Assembly (NCBI GenBank): GCA_964247055.1
Contig: OZ176051.1
Span: 6,014,001-6,078,000, forward strand
From: Paragordius varius
Lineage: Eukaryota > Animalia > Nematomorpha
DNA length: 64,000 bases
Direction of reading: 5' to 3'
Part shown: positions 1 to 13,500 of the stretch, piece by piece
How the letters are laid out: every line of letters starts with the position of its first letter
Numbering within the stretch: position 1 is the first letter of the stretch
The notes under the pieces: generated by a model
The model's database searches: none
The model's input: the letters and a program-made list of their open reading frames with translations, nothing else
Told to the model about the DNA's origin: nothing
Translations under genes and position numbers: made by a program

Positions 1-306
1 TTTATTTTATATTAATTTTTAAACTAAATGGCAAAAATATATATTAGTTAGGTTATTTAGAGCAAATGAAAACTTTATTGGTGTAAGGAAAAAAAAACTT
101 CCAATACTCAAATTATGTTTAGATCAAAACAATTTAGCTTATACAACTTTTAAATTATGCACAATTAAAATATTAAAACAGCAGAAATGCCATAAGACCA
201 TTGACCCTCGTGTAATTAATGTCCACCATAATTGGTTTAAAAAATGAAAAAAAATCAAATTTTAATCCCTTTTGCCAATAAAATCAAGAAATACGCTTTT
301 TCTTAC

Positions 307-3300
307 AGCAGAAATAAGGCCATAAGACCATTGTCCTTCACCCTCCTGTGATGACGCGTGTCCACCACGTCCAATAAGTGTGTTTGGGCTCAATTTTCCC
401 AAGCGAACCAGTTCTCGTTGGGCCGAACATGCGGCACGTATAAGGGCAGCCGAGGCTTGGGCTATCGATTGCGTAGCACCCAGGATTCTTGTATCAAATG
501 ATGCCATACTACCATCTATTTCATTTTATCACACAGTAAAAATTGAAAAATATTATACGGACAAAACGTAAAAATTAATAGAAAACAACTCTAAAAAAGC
601 GGATAATCTTTTTAATTATTTATTTTGTCCCAGATAGTTTACTGTAATGGGCTGTTTTGTTTAACTAAGTAGGGAGCCATAAAACTATTGGCGATTTAAA
701 AAAATATTCACATAATCAAACCGCGGTTGGTTGGTGCAATAATGTATTCACAGTTTATGTTAATAAAACTCGAAAATTTTTAAATTGAATTATATATTGG
801 AAGAAAAATGGTTATTTATTTAAAAATTAATTAATTTTAAAAAAGTAATTTTTACAACTTAAATTGAACTAAATAACGTAAATTTATATATGATTTAATT
901 GGTTTATATTACCTTGATCAAATTCAAAGTTATCCTCAATGGTAGAATCATCATGCACGAGAGTAGCATTTATTTTAGTTTGTGTCTGTAAAAAAAAGTG
1001 AATAAATATTGGTTATATTTTTCGCGCTGGGCTAAAAAATATTTTTTTTTATTAATAATTAATATAAAATAAAAACTTTTAACGTTGAAGTTTGCGTGGC
1101 ATTCCCATAATTCATGTGGGATATGGCTTCAGATAAACTATCCTCACTTTCATTACCTGACTTAACACTGCTGGTATTTAATCTAAAATAAACATAATTA
1201 AATAATTGGTTTAAACTAAATCAAAATTAAGCGAATTCGATAGATAATTTTTGTTATAAACGATTAAATTCATTTCCTAAAATCATGTAATAACCAAATA
1301 ATAAACCGATGGAACATATAGTTGATAAAGAGTTATGAATAGATAATTTTGCTAAAAATAACTCTCAAAATATATCTATTGCATTTCAAATAAAATTTAA
1401 ATCCTAAATTTTTTCTAATATACAGAAAAAATTGAAATAATAAAAAACGTTAAAAGACATGTATAATATAGGTAATTTCTTATACTATTACTTTTTTGAT
1501 ATAACACAAATGATTATAATTGTGAAACTTGTTATAGAGTCTGTTACCAATTTACACTTATCTTTTCCTTGTTTAAAGGTTATATCAGCGTTTACACTTT
1601 GTCTTTAATATAACTCTTTATTTTTAACTGTTAAACTAAATATTGCTTGCTTTCCACTTACTTGTAAGGTTGTGCTTGTTTTGTACTAGAGCTATCATTT
1701 CCATTCGCTAAAGATTTATGTTTTGTGGTCGTTGGGGTAGAAAGGGAAAAAGCCGCTTTTTCAATCGACATGGCTGCTGCCAATAATTCTTTTTCAGTCG
1801 AATTTGGGGACCAGCGCATACTTTCCAAGCTTTTATGCATTAAAAAAATGCACATAAAAATTGGATAATATAAAATAATTTTATAGATAAACTTTAAAAT
1901 AATTATTTTTTAAAAAAATAGTTTGTTATAAAGGGAATAAATGTTACTAAGGAAAAATGCGTGAATACAATTCTAATGCCCACTCATTGATTTTAGACAA
2001 ATAAAATTGAACATTTAAAAACTGCTTTTTATATAAAAGAAAAGATATTATCAAATTACAATTCGAAAGAAAATTCTTTTAGCAATTTAATACTTTTCAC
2101 ATTTAATTTGTTGTTAGACATTATAGAATTTTCATATAAATGCCTTGTTATAAAGGATGGATGATATTGGATAAAAATGCGTAAATAAAAACCTTTTCAC
2201 TTATTCAATAAATACTTTTATTACAAGAAAAGTAATTATAATGTTTAAATAAAAAATATAAATTCTCCTTTTATTACAATAATCTCAAAAGTTTACTGTT
2301 TCGTATCAATCTCAAGAGCTGATTCATTTAATTCATTCCCAATTTTTTCGTAAACTTTATTCGCATCAGTTAATGACTCTTCGCCCACCCCAAATTTCCA
2401 GGAAACAAAAGTTATACATTCACCTAAAACATCTATGATCTGTTGCCAAAACGCTTCGACTTTTTCATTGTAAATTATAGGGAGTAAGGGACCCGTTACT
2501 GTTTTCATGTGTATTTGAATCAAATTCTACATATATAATATTTGAAACAATACAAAATTATCACAAAAAGCTATAGTCGTTATTTTAATTTTTTTGACAG
2601 TGAGTAAAAATATTATTTAGGAAATAAAATTATACATTTTTAACCAATTAACTTTTACATTAAAGGGGTATATAAACAAATGCATGTCGTTTTTTTACAA
2701 ATTGTTTTCCTATATATTCAATTCATATAAAAAATATATTAATTTAATTATTAATAATCAAATCATAATGAAACATTATTTCTTAAAGCAAATTATATAT
2801 GGAGTTTTTATATCATACCTGACTTAACGTTTCTAGAATTTGGATAAATTTCAAACAAGCCTCTTTACCAAACGTTAATAATTTCGTTTGATGCTCCGTG
2901 TTTGGTTCCAAAGAATGATGTGCTACACTCTATATTATATACATATATTATAAAAAACCACCATTTTTGGAGAAAAAAATCTTATTTTCGTATAAAATAC
3001 TTTGCAGGCCAAGAGTAAATCCGTGCACATTAGACGGAAAAATTCGCAAACTTCCAAAATGCCTAAACCATTAAGTCGATCACTATAATTTGCATCAAAC
3101 TCACTAATATTAGTGTTGACGAATGGAGGTGGGTATGTAGCTAAATCATCTAACATACGTCGGCAAATTAACCATAAATCTCGGGGGTTAGAAATCTGAA
3201 TTGGGGCTCCATACGTCTCATACAACTATGATAAAGCATATTTTTAATTTAAAACTATATACAATATGGATCTATATCGATTTCATTACCAAGTAATCAA

Positions 3301-6300
3301 TGATTTTTCAAATAAGAAAAATCTAATTACTACCAAAAATGATTCTTTCCTTTTTATATATCGAAGCATTTTGATTAATTCAAAGGAAAGAAAAAAACAT
3401 TACCCTTAATTGTTGTTTCAATGATTGGATTGTGCTTTCAAGAGCAGAATTTTCACGTTGTTCAATATCCTCAATATTTTTTAGGGTTTTTAGTAGGCGT
3501 GTTACATTACTTACCATAACCTATGCCATATGAAATATATATTAATTTAAAAGTTTAAATTACTAAATAAGGAATATATAATTATTATCAATAAAAACCT
3601 TGGCTGATTGTTTAAGGTAGGATATGGAGGTTTGTACTACTTCATTATTTTCGATTTCACTCAAACTTGAATCTTTTTCACTATTCAAGGCGCTTTTATT
3701 GTAAATGGTTATAAAGGTTTTGGATGTGTGCTTAGAAGACTGAATTAAATCCCCCAAAGATATAGCAATATCTTTTACGGACGTTAATAGTATGGTCTAA
3801 GAGGAATACAAATTTTGAAAAATAATATAATCACAATGTTATATTCAAAAAAAATAATCGTGTGTTTTTTCCAAAAACACATAATTATAAGCATATTTTT
3901 ACATTTTGGTACGTCTAAACAAATATATATTATATAATTATTATTTTGGCAAACAAATATAGCTATCAAATTATATATTAACCAAAGGCATAATTTAAAA
4001 TTCGCATCCGTATACAATTGTTATATACAATGGAGATGTTTAAACAAATTAAAATAATAAATCGCAATCGGATTCATAAATAGGCTATGTATTCTCAAGA
4101 AAAATAAATCAATGGTATTTTGAGTGAAATAGAATTTCTTAATATTAAATCATCCATTTTTTGGCATATTATATGCATGGATTTTCAAACATTTATAACA
4201 AAAATGTTTTATGCTATTTAATATCTAACCTGCATTTCCTGTGCGCTTTTTGCATCGATTGAGTTGTCATTGTACAATTCATGGGCCAAAGTCTAATAAA
4301 TAATAAATTAAATCTAAAATTTTTTTAATTATGGCAGAAAATTCTAATAAAAAAATATATTTTAAGATATATCCACCTGTATTTTTGCAAATATTAGGCA
4401 TTTTATAATTTTTAAATGGACCAACAGATGTTAAAATTATAAATTTATATGCAATAGTAAGAGGATGTTCTTAAATATCCATTTAAATAATTTCATTTTT
4501 TCAAAACCTAACATAACTTGCTAACCTTAATTTTGGTAGCCAATTGAGCCATCGTTCGTACAGCAGACGCGGATGAGGCTCCAATATGATCTTCCATTGC
4601 AGAAATACCATTTGCGTTTACAAAAAGTAAATTATCATTTTTATTTTCCAAGTAAGTATTGCTTGGTGAGTTTGAGGCACCAGCCACAATCATTTTGGAA
4701 TCATCTACAAGTCTACGAGCTAAATCTATAATTCCATCTCTAAACACAACACGAAAAATTGTGTAATTTTTGAGTTTTGTCTCTATTATTTTAATTTTTA
4801 CTGTTGTTCCTAAAGGCTTAAGCCTAAAACCGAAAAACTGGAACTGGTTCTTGAACGATTTTGAATAAACCATGGTTCAAAATTTAAAATCAAGTCCTTG
4901 CTCATAATTTTTTTGAGAAATATCGTTAATACCTCATTATTATGGGTTAGAGGAACATTGTTGCAACAATAAGATAACGACATCATACCCAATCAAATTT
5001 TCACACCGGACGAACAGGTGTACATGAAGAATGAAATCAATAAGGGGTGTAGAAAAGGCTGAATCTGGGAACAAACTGGGGTAGTTTCGTGCACTATAAA
5101 AGATTGTAATCAAACCCTAGCAAACATGAGCGGATAAATTACAGCTTAACGCCGCGAAGGGTGGAGACGAGGATGAGGGAATTCAAGCGGTAGACAAAAC
5201 TGAGGAGTTTAGTTGTTCAACCAATAACTTGGAAGTGGTAAAGGGACAAAGGAACGGAGAGCAAAACGATAAAGACCCCCCCGGTTAAAATGAAAAAGAG
5301 AAAAACAACGGATAAAAAACCAGAAAGAAGATATCTGCTTAGGGAAAGAAAAACACCGGATCGGCTCTGATAAAAAGATATGGTAGATGATTTGTTTATA
5401 TCCTTTAAACACGTAAATTTATTTTAATGACAAATCTAGTATTTGAATACTATGGTAAACTTTCTATTTTTCACCTTTGTATTGAACATGCTCACAAAAA
5501 GATATACATTACATAGCAAATTTTATGTAGATTTAACTTAAAAAATATTATTGTATTGTTTCTATGCCTCACCGCATACATATTAAATTGTGTAATTTAA
5601 ATTTGTAATAATTAGATTTCAAATTTATTAGCAAAAATAGATATTTTAAAATATACTTTTTTGTCTTTTTATAAACTTTTATTGCAGAGAGCATTAGAAT
5701 TTCGATTCTAGTTTTAATCTATGTTATCTTCCAGAATATTATGATAAAACCAATTTTTTGTATTTATATCAGTAAAAAAATACTTACCGATGTTTAACAA
5801 ACACATCATGTTTGGATAATACTGTCGTCCCGTTTTGCGTTGCGTCACATGTTAATTTATTATTTTCGAGGGCAGATATAATCGATTTAATGTCTTGAAA
5901 TATAGTAATTTCTTTCGATTCGTCTAAATAAAATGCGAGTGAAAAAAATTTAAGAAAAAATATATTCCAAAATTTTCTACAGTTTCCTTTTAAAATAAAT
6001 TATATTGATAAAAAGTTGAATGTATGACTTAGCTTGGCCAAAAAATAAATATTAAAATGGAAAATCAATGTATATTTTTTTAGATATAAAAAATTACCAT
6101 TCATAACTGTATCATCTTTCATCATTTGTAATTGGTTGACTAAATGTTTTTCGTTTTCTTGCAAAACAGTATTGACGGTATCTGAGGGTAAAAAAATAAT
6201 TAAAAAAATCTTTTATTTTCAAGCAAAAGCATCTGTTAATGATAATATATATATTTAATTTTAAAAATTATTTTGGGTTTACCAAATTTCGTTATTTTGC

Positions 6301-7568
6301 TTTTTAAAAATATTGTCAAAGTTTATTAAGTGAACTAATTTATCTTGTGGGATTTAAACTTACTCATTGCTTGCTAAATTTTAAAAACGCATCTTTCCGA
6401 AAAACTATATGAAATCTTTAAATAATAAAATAATTTCAAATAGATTTTAAGTTCTTGTTAAATTAATTGTAGAAACTTATAATCTATTTTACACATACAT
6501 ACCGTTAAAGTTCTCAGTATCACTGCCATAAGATGATACAAGTTTCATAGGGTGTTTATCAGCAAAATCATTTTGCAAGTAAATAAGTAAGGAAGTTGCC
6601 ATAGGTTTTAAGCGTTGATTCAAAAAATCTTTAGGGTTAAATTGTTCCCCGTTATCAACGAGATAGGCAATGTGCTTATTGGGGTCAGATTGATCTGATG
6701 AAGGATGTATGCATGCCGCCCCCATAGATTGTTGTAAATGATCAATTTTTTCACACCATATCCTTAAGCTGTTTTGTGCATCGTAAATCTTGAAAAGTAC
6801 AACAAATTGGCATTAATTATTATATATAAATATTGAATTTAGTAGGAATATAAGTAACTAATTTATTTATTTTTCCGGTATAAAAAGTGGTATTAGGGTT
6901 GGGTTAAACCGGTTATGAAACCGTACTATTTGAGCATATCAAATAAATTATATCCATTAAAAATAATGGTGTAAAATTAATTTTAATTTTTATTAAATTT
7001 TCGTTTCACGTAGCTAGATATTTAATTCATTTGTTTTTGTTTTATTAATTACAACATATTAATCAGTTTTAAGAGATTGGACACGTTACTACTTTTCAAC
7101 CCGTAAAAATCCAAATTTTTTTAATTTAATGTTTTGTAATAAATTTATGTATACCGGTATTTCAATGTATTCTCGGCTCCCATTGTTCAGTGCATATTTT
7201 ACAACACGATCCATATCATTAATTAACTTGATTTGAGCTAAATGAACGTGTTTTGCCTCCTAAAAATGATAATTTTTACAGATACAAGGATGATGATCAA
7301 AACGATTAGTGAAAAGATTAATTTTTATATAATTAATTAATTAATAAACAAATTTATAAACGTGAGATATTGATATGTGATCAGGTATTTTGGTTAAAGT
7401 TGATTCCATAGCACAGCATATTTCCTCCAAATTGTGTTTAAAAGCTTTACAAGCCTTAAATCCGGGCATACTCTCACTAATGCAAAATAAATATATGAAA
7501 GCTAAAAGGATAATTATGACTGTATTAATAATAGGTATACTCCTCTGCTTTTACATAAATAAACTAAA

Positions 7569-7599
<31 letters not shown>

Positions 7600-10500
7600 C
7601 TAAATATTGATTATTTTTTGCATATTTCAAAAACTAAGACCCTATTTTATATTTAAAAGTGGATGATAATCAACATAAGCTAGCTAATGATAGTTATTAT
7701 ATTTTCGAGGAGGGAATGTATATAAAATTGTAAGCCTTCGGTAGTAAAAATACTATTAGAATACCTTGTAATTTCTAGGACACGATTTATGTAAGCCAAT
7801 ATTTCATCCATTTTACCGTTTGATAGGGGCAGTTTTACCATGTTTTGCAAAACAATATCACAGGCCAGACGTGATGCTTCAAAAATAGGTTCTTGCGCTA
7901 TTTTTGCCTAATTTATGATTCATTCAAAGAGTTAAATTTATGAAGAAAAAAATTTTAAATAATAAAAATGTTACCATTTGAGGGTCCATTGTTAAAGCAT
8001 GAATTTGATTTAACGAGACAATGCTGTTATTTTGATTAGTAATAAAATCTGTGGATGCATCAGACGACTTAATGGATGATTTTTGTAAATTTTGAGTCGA
8101 TTTTTCCATGGCATTTTTATTTTTTGCGTAATCAAGCAATCTAGCCAAACAGGTATCCAAACATTCAACGATATCGAAAATGGAATCAATGTGCTGATTA
8201 ATTTTACTTGCTTCATTTTGTGGTAATGTTTCGGATTCAAACGACTATATATATATATATATATATTAATAAAATGAATATCAATATGAATAAAATAAAG
8301 TTGATAAATTTATAAAACTGTTTTTTTTATATTTATTGATTTTTGCACCAAAAATTGCTCTTTATAAAAAAACAACTTAATAACCGGTGTGAATAAATAT
8401 ACATTGCTAGTTTTGCTTATTAGATGATACCAGATAGCATATGCAGCATAGAGTATTATTGTTAGTCAAGGGCAGTAAAAAGTGAAAAAAATATAACATA
8501 ATATTTCGCCTTGCTTTTAATGCTATCTGTCATTATTAATAAAAAAACTGGCTGTATAATAAAAATAAGTAACGCATTTTTATTCATACAGTGAAATTAA
8601 ATAGTAGTTAGCCCATAAAAATATAGTTTATAAAACCTTTACCTTTATATTTGAAACTAATTCACGAGTTAGATTAGCGACAGATTTGGCACTCTCAACC
8701 AAAAACGCTTTACAGTCTTTTACTTCCCTTTCTTGAATCGAATAATTATTATTATTGCTATCATTTGAATTACTAAAATTAGTTAATGCGTTTGTAGCTA
8801 GTCGACAACAATTACATACTGAGGATGTGTGCTTAGCAATTATCGTAGCCGCCGTTAATATCTATATGGGATTATCATAATAATCAATTTTAGTCAAAAT
8901 CAAGTAGTATCACACTATAATATGAAGTGGTAAAAATGTTTTTATAGCATGTTTGGATAAATAAATTCTTAGTCTAAGATTTTGATTAATAACTTACGCA
9001 TATCTAATAAATTATTTCAATATATGCGGTATTTAGCAAAACGGAGAAAACAAGCTATTCAAGTTAAACATATTTTTAAAATTAATTTGAATTACTACAT
9101 ACGTTTCAGTTTACAAAATTTAGTTAAATCATAGTTATAAATTTTCAGGTTTTTCCTACTTTTTGTTGATCGATAGCAATGTTTCCAACCAATCTTTCTT
9201 CCTTCAGTCTTTCAAGTACTTCAACGTATGATTGTTTGATTGAGATAGATGCTTCTTTAATAGCCAAATAAGATTCCGTTAATTGACTAAGGTTGATATC
9301 AAGAGTTATTCCATCATTGATATCTTCTTTTCGGCTAAATATATGAAATATATAGGATTGATATATAAATATAAAAAAATGGTTTATTATATAATTATTC
9401 ATCAATGAATTCTAAAAATAATTGTAAACTTTTTATCATTATCATAATTAAACAGTTATTCGGAATAGCATGGTAGCTTAATTCAATGTGTTAAAATCAC
9501 GTTTTCATTGAAATTAAAACAAAATAAATATGGAAAAAAGGTGAAATTGTAGAAAAAAACATAGATTCCTGCATAAAAAATTAAAAAATCCATTTACGGA
9601 TTAAAATCTAATCAATAAATTACGTATTTTCTGGCGGTGTAGTCATATTATGTGGATTCTTTTGATACCACAGAGTTTGTCGCAGATTCCATCGTTCTTT
9701 GATTTGAAGAGGTAAGGCCATTAAGTATGAAAGGACATGTCCTCGATCAATATCTGCCCGTATTAAATGCGCCTCTTGTTTAATCACACAATTTATAAAC
9801 TCAACGCACATGCAATTGATAACACCACACTGTAATAAAGTAGAGTAAATGAAAACAAATTGAAAACATACTATCTCCATTTGTTGGTCTTGAACACCTC
9901 AAGAGTTCCCTGAACACTTCAAGTTGGTTCTTGAACAATTCAAGTTGGTCCTTGAACAAAAAATTATGGTTAAATCAAAATTTTAAATTTTTAAGTACCA
10001 ACTTAAAGTGTTCAACCGTGTTCAAGGACCAACTTGAAGTGTTCAAGGAGACTTTTCAAATGCAAATGGTATATATGAAGACAAAACATAAAAAGTTAAA
10101 ATTAATAATTATTGAAACTTATTAATCATTTTTTTCTAAAACTATGATTGAAAATGACACTTTTTACGTCTCTACCAAAAATAATCAGTTTAATTATTAT
10201 AAATACTAATATCATTGTATCCACAAAAACATTCTAAATTTATACGTTTTCTCTTTATATTCGCATTGTTTAATGTAAAATTGAAAGGATCGAAAATATT
10301 TAATAATTATTTTTTTTCAAAATATTTAATTAAGTTTATAATTGGTATTAGTTATAAAAATAATTTTTTTTTTAATTTATTGATTCATTTACGAAGTTTT
10401 ACAATAAATATATATTTTAAAAAATATCTTTTTTTTTACATAAAATTTTAAATTGTTAAAAAATATTGATGATAAATATAAACTTTGATGGCTTGTTCCA

Positions 10501-13500
10501 AATAGGTTATAATGTGTGGAACCATAATATTTTCCATATGATTAGGGATTTGGCTAAAATTTTCACGCGATTGTTGGTCTTTCAAATAATTCATATCTAT
10601 ATTTAAGCATTTTATTACATTTTTATTATCAATTAAAGCTTTTTTTTTCAAAAAAACCGCCTTTTATCATATAAAATCAAAATTTAAAATATATTGTGAA
10701 ACTTTTGGTTTAATCTTAAAAACATAACATAATTTAGAAAGATCCAAAATTAAAATGTCAAGCTATCTTTTCAAAGTTTATATCGTAAATACATAAATTC
10801 ATAAAAATATTTGTATAGCAATAATGACATAATTTTATCAAATTTTATATAACATTTCTTTACCCATCTTTAAAAGCTTAATAATAGCAAAAAAATTAAA
10901 TAAAATTAATTTTACCATTCCTAACATGCTTAAGGGTATCTCGTAGTCTTTCCAACTCATCAGACGGAGATAATGAGCATGGATGGGTGCATATGTTTAA
11001 AGGAAGCTTGAACAAATCCTTATATATGGGACCACATCCGTTTGCGGGATCAAGACGTGTATTTCGAAAATTCTATCAAAAATTAATCGTCAGTCAAGAA
11101 AATTCATCATTTAATATATTTGTAATTATTCAATTGAAATTAACATACAAAGGGGAGAAAAGGAAAAAAATATGCAAAAATATTTTGATATGGTAAAATA
11201 TATAAAATAAAATAAAATGTGGATATGGTGCATTATTACTTTTAAAATGATAATCGCAACCAGATATATTTAACCATAAATGCACAATAATAAAGTTGAC
11301 GGAACCCAGGTGCTTTTTGAAAAAAAACATTACATTTTATTATAATTAAGCCACCGATATAATTTTTTTGCTCAAAATGCAATATAAAGCCACCGATATA
11401 ATTTTTTTGCTCAAAATGCAATATAAGGGTAAACCCCCCGCCCCCCATAATTTATAAAATCAAATATCAAATAACATTAGTTAAAATACCTTGAGTGCCA
11501 TTAACACATTGTCGGGTATTAGGTATGCCGCACTGTTAGAGGGTGGAGCAGGGTGCATTAATGCGCCTTCATTAATATTTGGTGGTTGTAAACTTTTTTC
11601 GCTAATCATGGCATGATGGAGTTCATTTTGATATGTTTTAGTGACAGATTTTAATTCACGTGTCGCCTTTAAACTAGCCAATTTGGTCTGAAAATTTTTT
11701 TATAACCATTTCATTAGGAGTGGTTAAAAAAAGCGAAATCATAATGGTCTTAAATAAACCGTTCATATTTATATTAATATATTAAAAAAATATTAACATT
11801 TAGGCACATTTAATAAATTTTGATCAGTTTTTTTCATTATACCAATTTTAATGACTTAATAAACCTATGTTTATAGTTCTTGATTTAGTATAAAGCAGCG
11901 TCGATTAATACATTCAGAATCTGAATATAACCCTACGCTTTTTGAAAAACTTGGTAAATATTAATTGTTTTAATGAATTTATATATATTCACAAAAATTA
12001 TAAACCATAAAATCGGGAGAAACTTTGTTGTTTGACAAAGATGATAATGCACCATGTGCCGATGATTTTAAATGTGTGGCTACATTAATAAATTCTCGTA
12101 GTTTTTGTGAAACTTCGCTTCTATAAATATAAATATTGTGATTGAAATAAAAATTTATTCAGGATTCAAAACGAAACCGTTTTTAGTTCCGATTATACAT
12201 AAATTATAAAAAAATAGTTTCACCCAGTAAAATTTTTTATTCCTTAATAAATAAAAAATAATAAATGCACTCTTTCTCCAACATTTTGAAAAAAATGATA
12301 AAAAGGAAATAATAACCTAAAAAATTAACCTACGTTTAATATTGAGTTAAAAATTAAGAATCTATAATTTTTATAAATCAATTTTAATGGCAATGTTTTC
12401 ATTATATCCGTTTACAAAATTAGACGTTACAAATTTTTTCGATATATAATTTACCCATTTCATAATCTACTGTATCGATATTCATTACTATTAAAAGTTT
12501 TATAAATCTTTACAAATATCCCTAATGATTTTGATTATCAAAAAAAAACATTTATGTAAAAACTACATGCGCTTAACAAAAAACCCATACCTATCCAATG
12601 TAAACGACGATATATAATTAGGATTGGAGAAATATTTGGCATATTCAACTGCATGAGTTGTACTTTCTGCCAATTTTTTTGCCGCATCAAACAAAGCTTT
12701 TTTGTGTAGATTACTTTGCTTTTGAAGAGATTGGACTATTGATTTAGTAGAAATTAAATATTGAAATATAAATGGTTAAACTTTTTTTAATAAATACATG
12801 GGACCACATAAAAATACGGAAAAAAGTAATATTAAAAATCAATACAGATATGATATGAAAAGAAATTTTTTTTGCTAAATACATCAGAACAATTTATTTG
12901 CTTTCGAAAAGAGCTTTAAAAATAGTTTATTTAATATGATCAAAACTCTCATGATACTAAAAACGGATGATACACAGATAAAGAGCTCTATGACAAAAAG
13001 TTGGATAGTGTACCATAAAAACCCTAAATATCTAAAAACAACATCCACTATACTGCACAAAAAAGGTCAATTACAACGTCAACAAAAGTAGTCCGTATAG
13101 AAAATTTTTTTATAATGTGACTTCTAATAGAAAAAAAAGCAAAAATTATTTTATAATACATTCTTCATTGTTTGAATCCATTTCAAGGTGATCAGCAAAT
13201 TCGTTATATAAATCGTCATATGCGTGGGCTTCAGATTTAATTACGGATACTAATTCAGCAGTGGCCTATTGAATAAAAATATAGAAAAACAAACTTAAAA
13301 TTTGGGCATGTAACTATTAAAATTTTAAGTATATTTGGAATTAATATTTTGATTAATTCGACAGACAATACCTCATATATATATATATATATATATATAT
13401 TAATGTTAAGTACTATAATCGTAAATATATCTTCCCCCCAAAAATTATGATATTATTAAATCTATCTATTGGAATTATGAAAAATTCAGCGTTAAACGTA

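Noticed and set aside
9884-10050. CRISPR-like short repeats
   Set aside because: The units abut without unique spacers and are inverted; there are no cas genes and the context is eukaryotic.
11865-11949. AG...GT-bounded, coding-looking segment in a talin intron
   Set aside because: All three frames contain stops before the donor, and the flanking exons join in phase without it.
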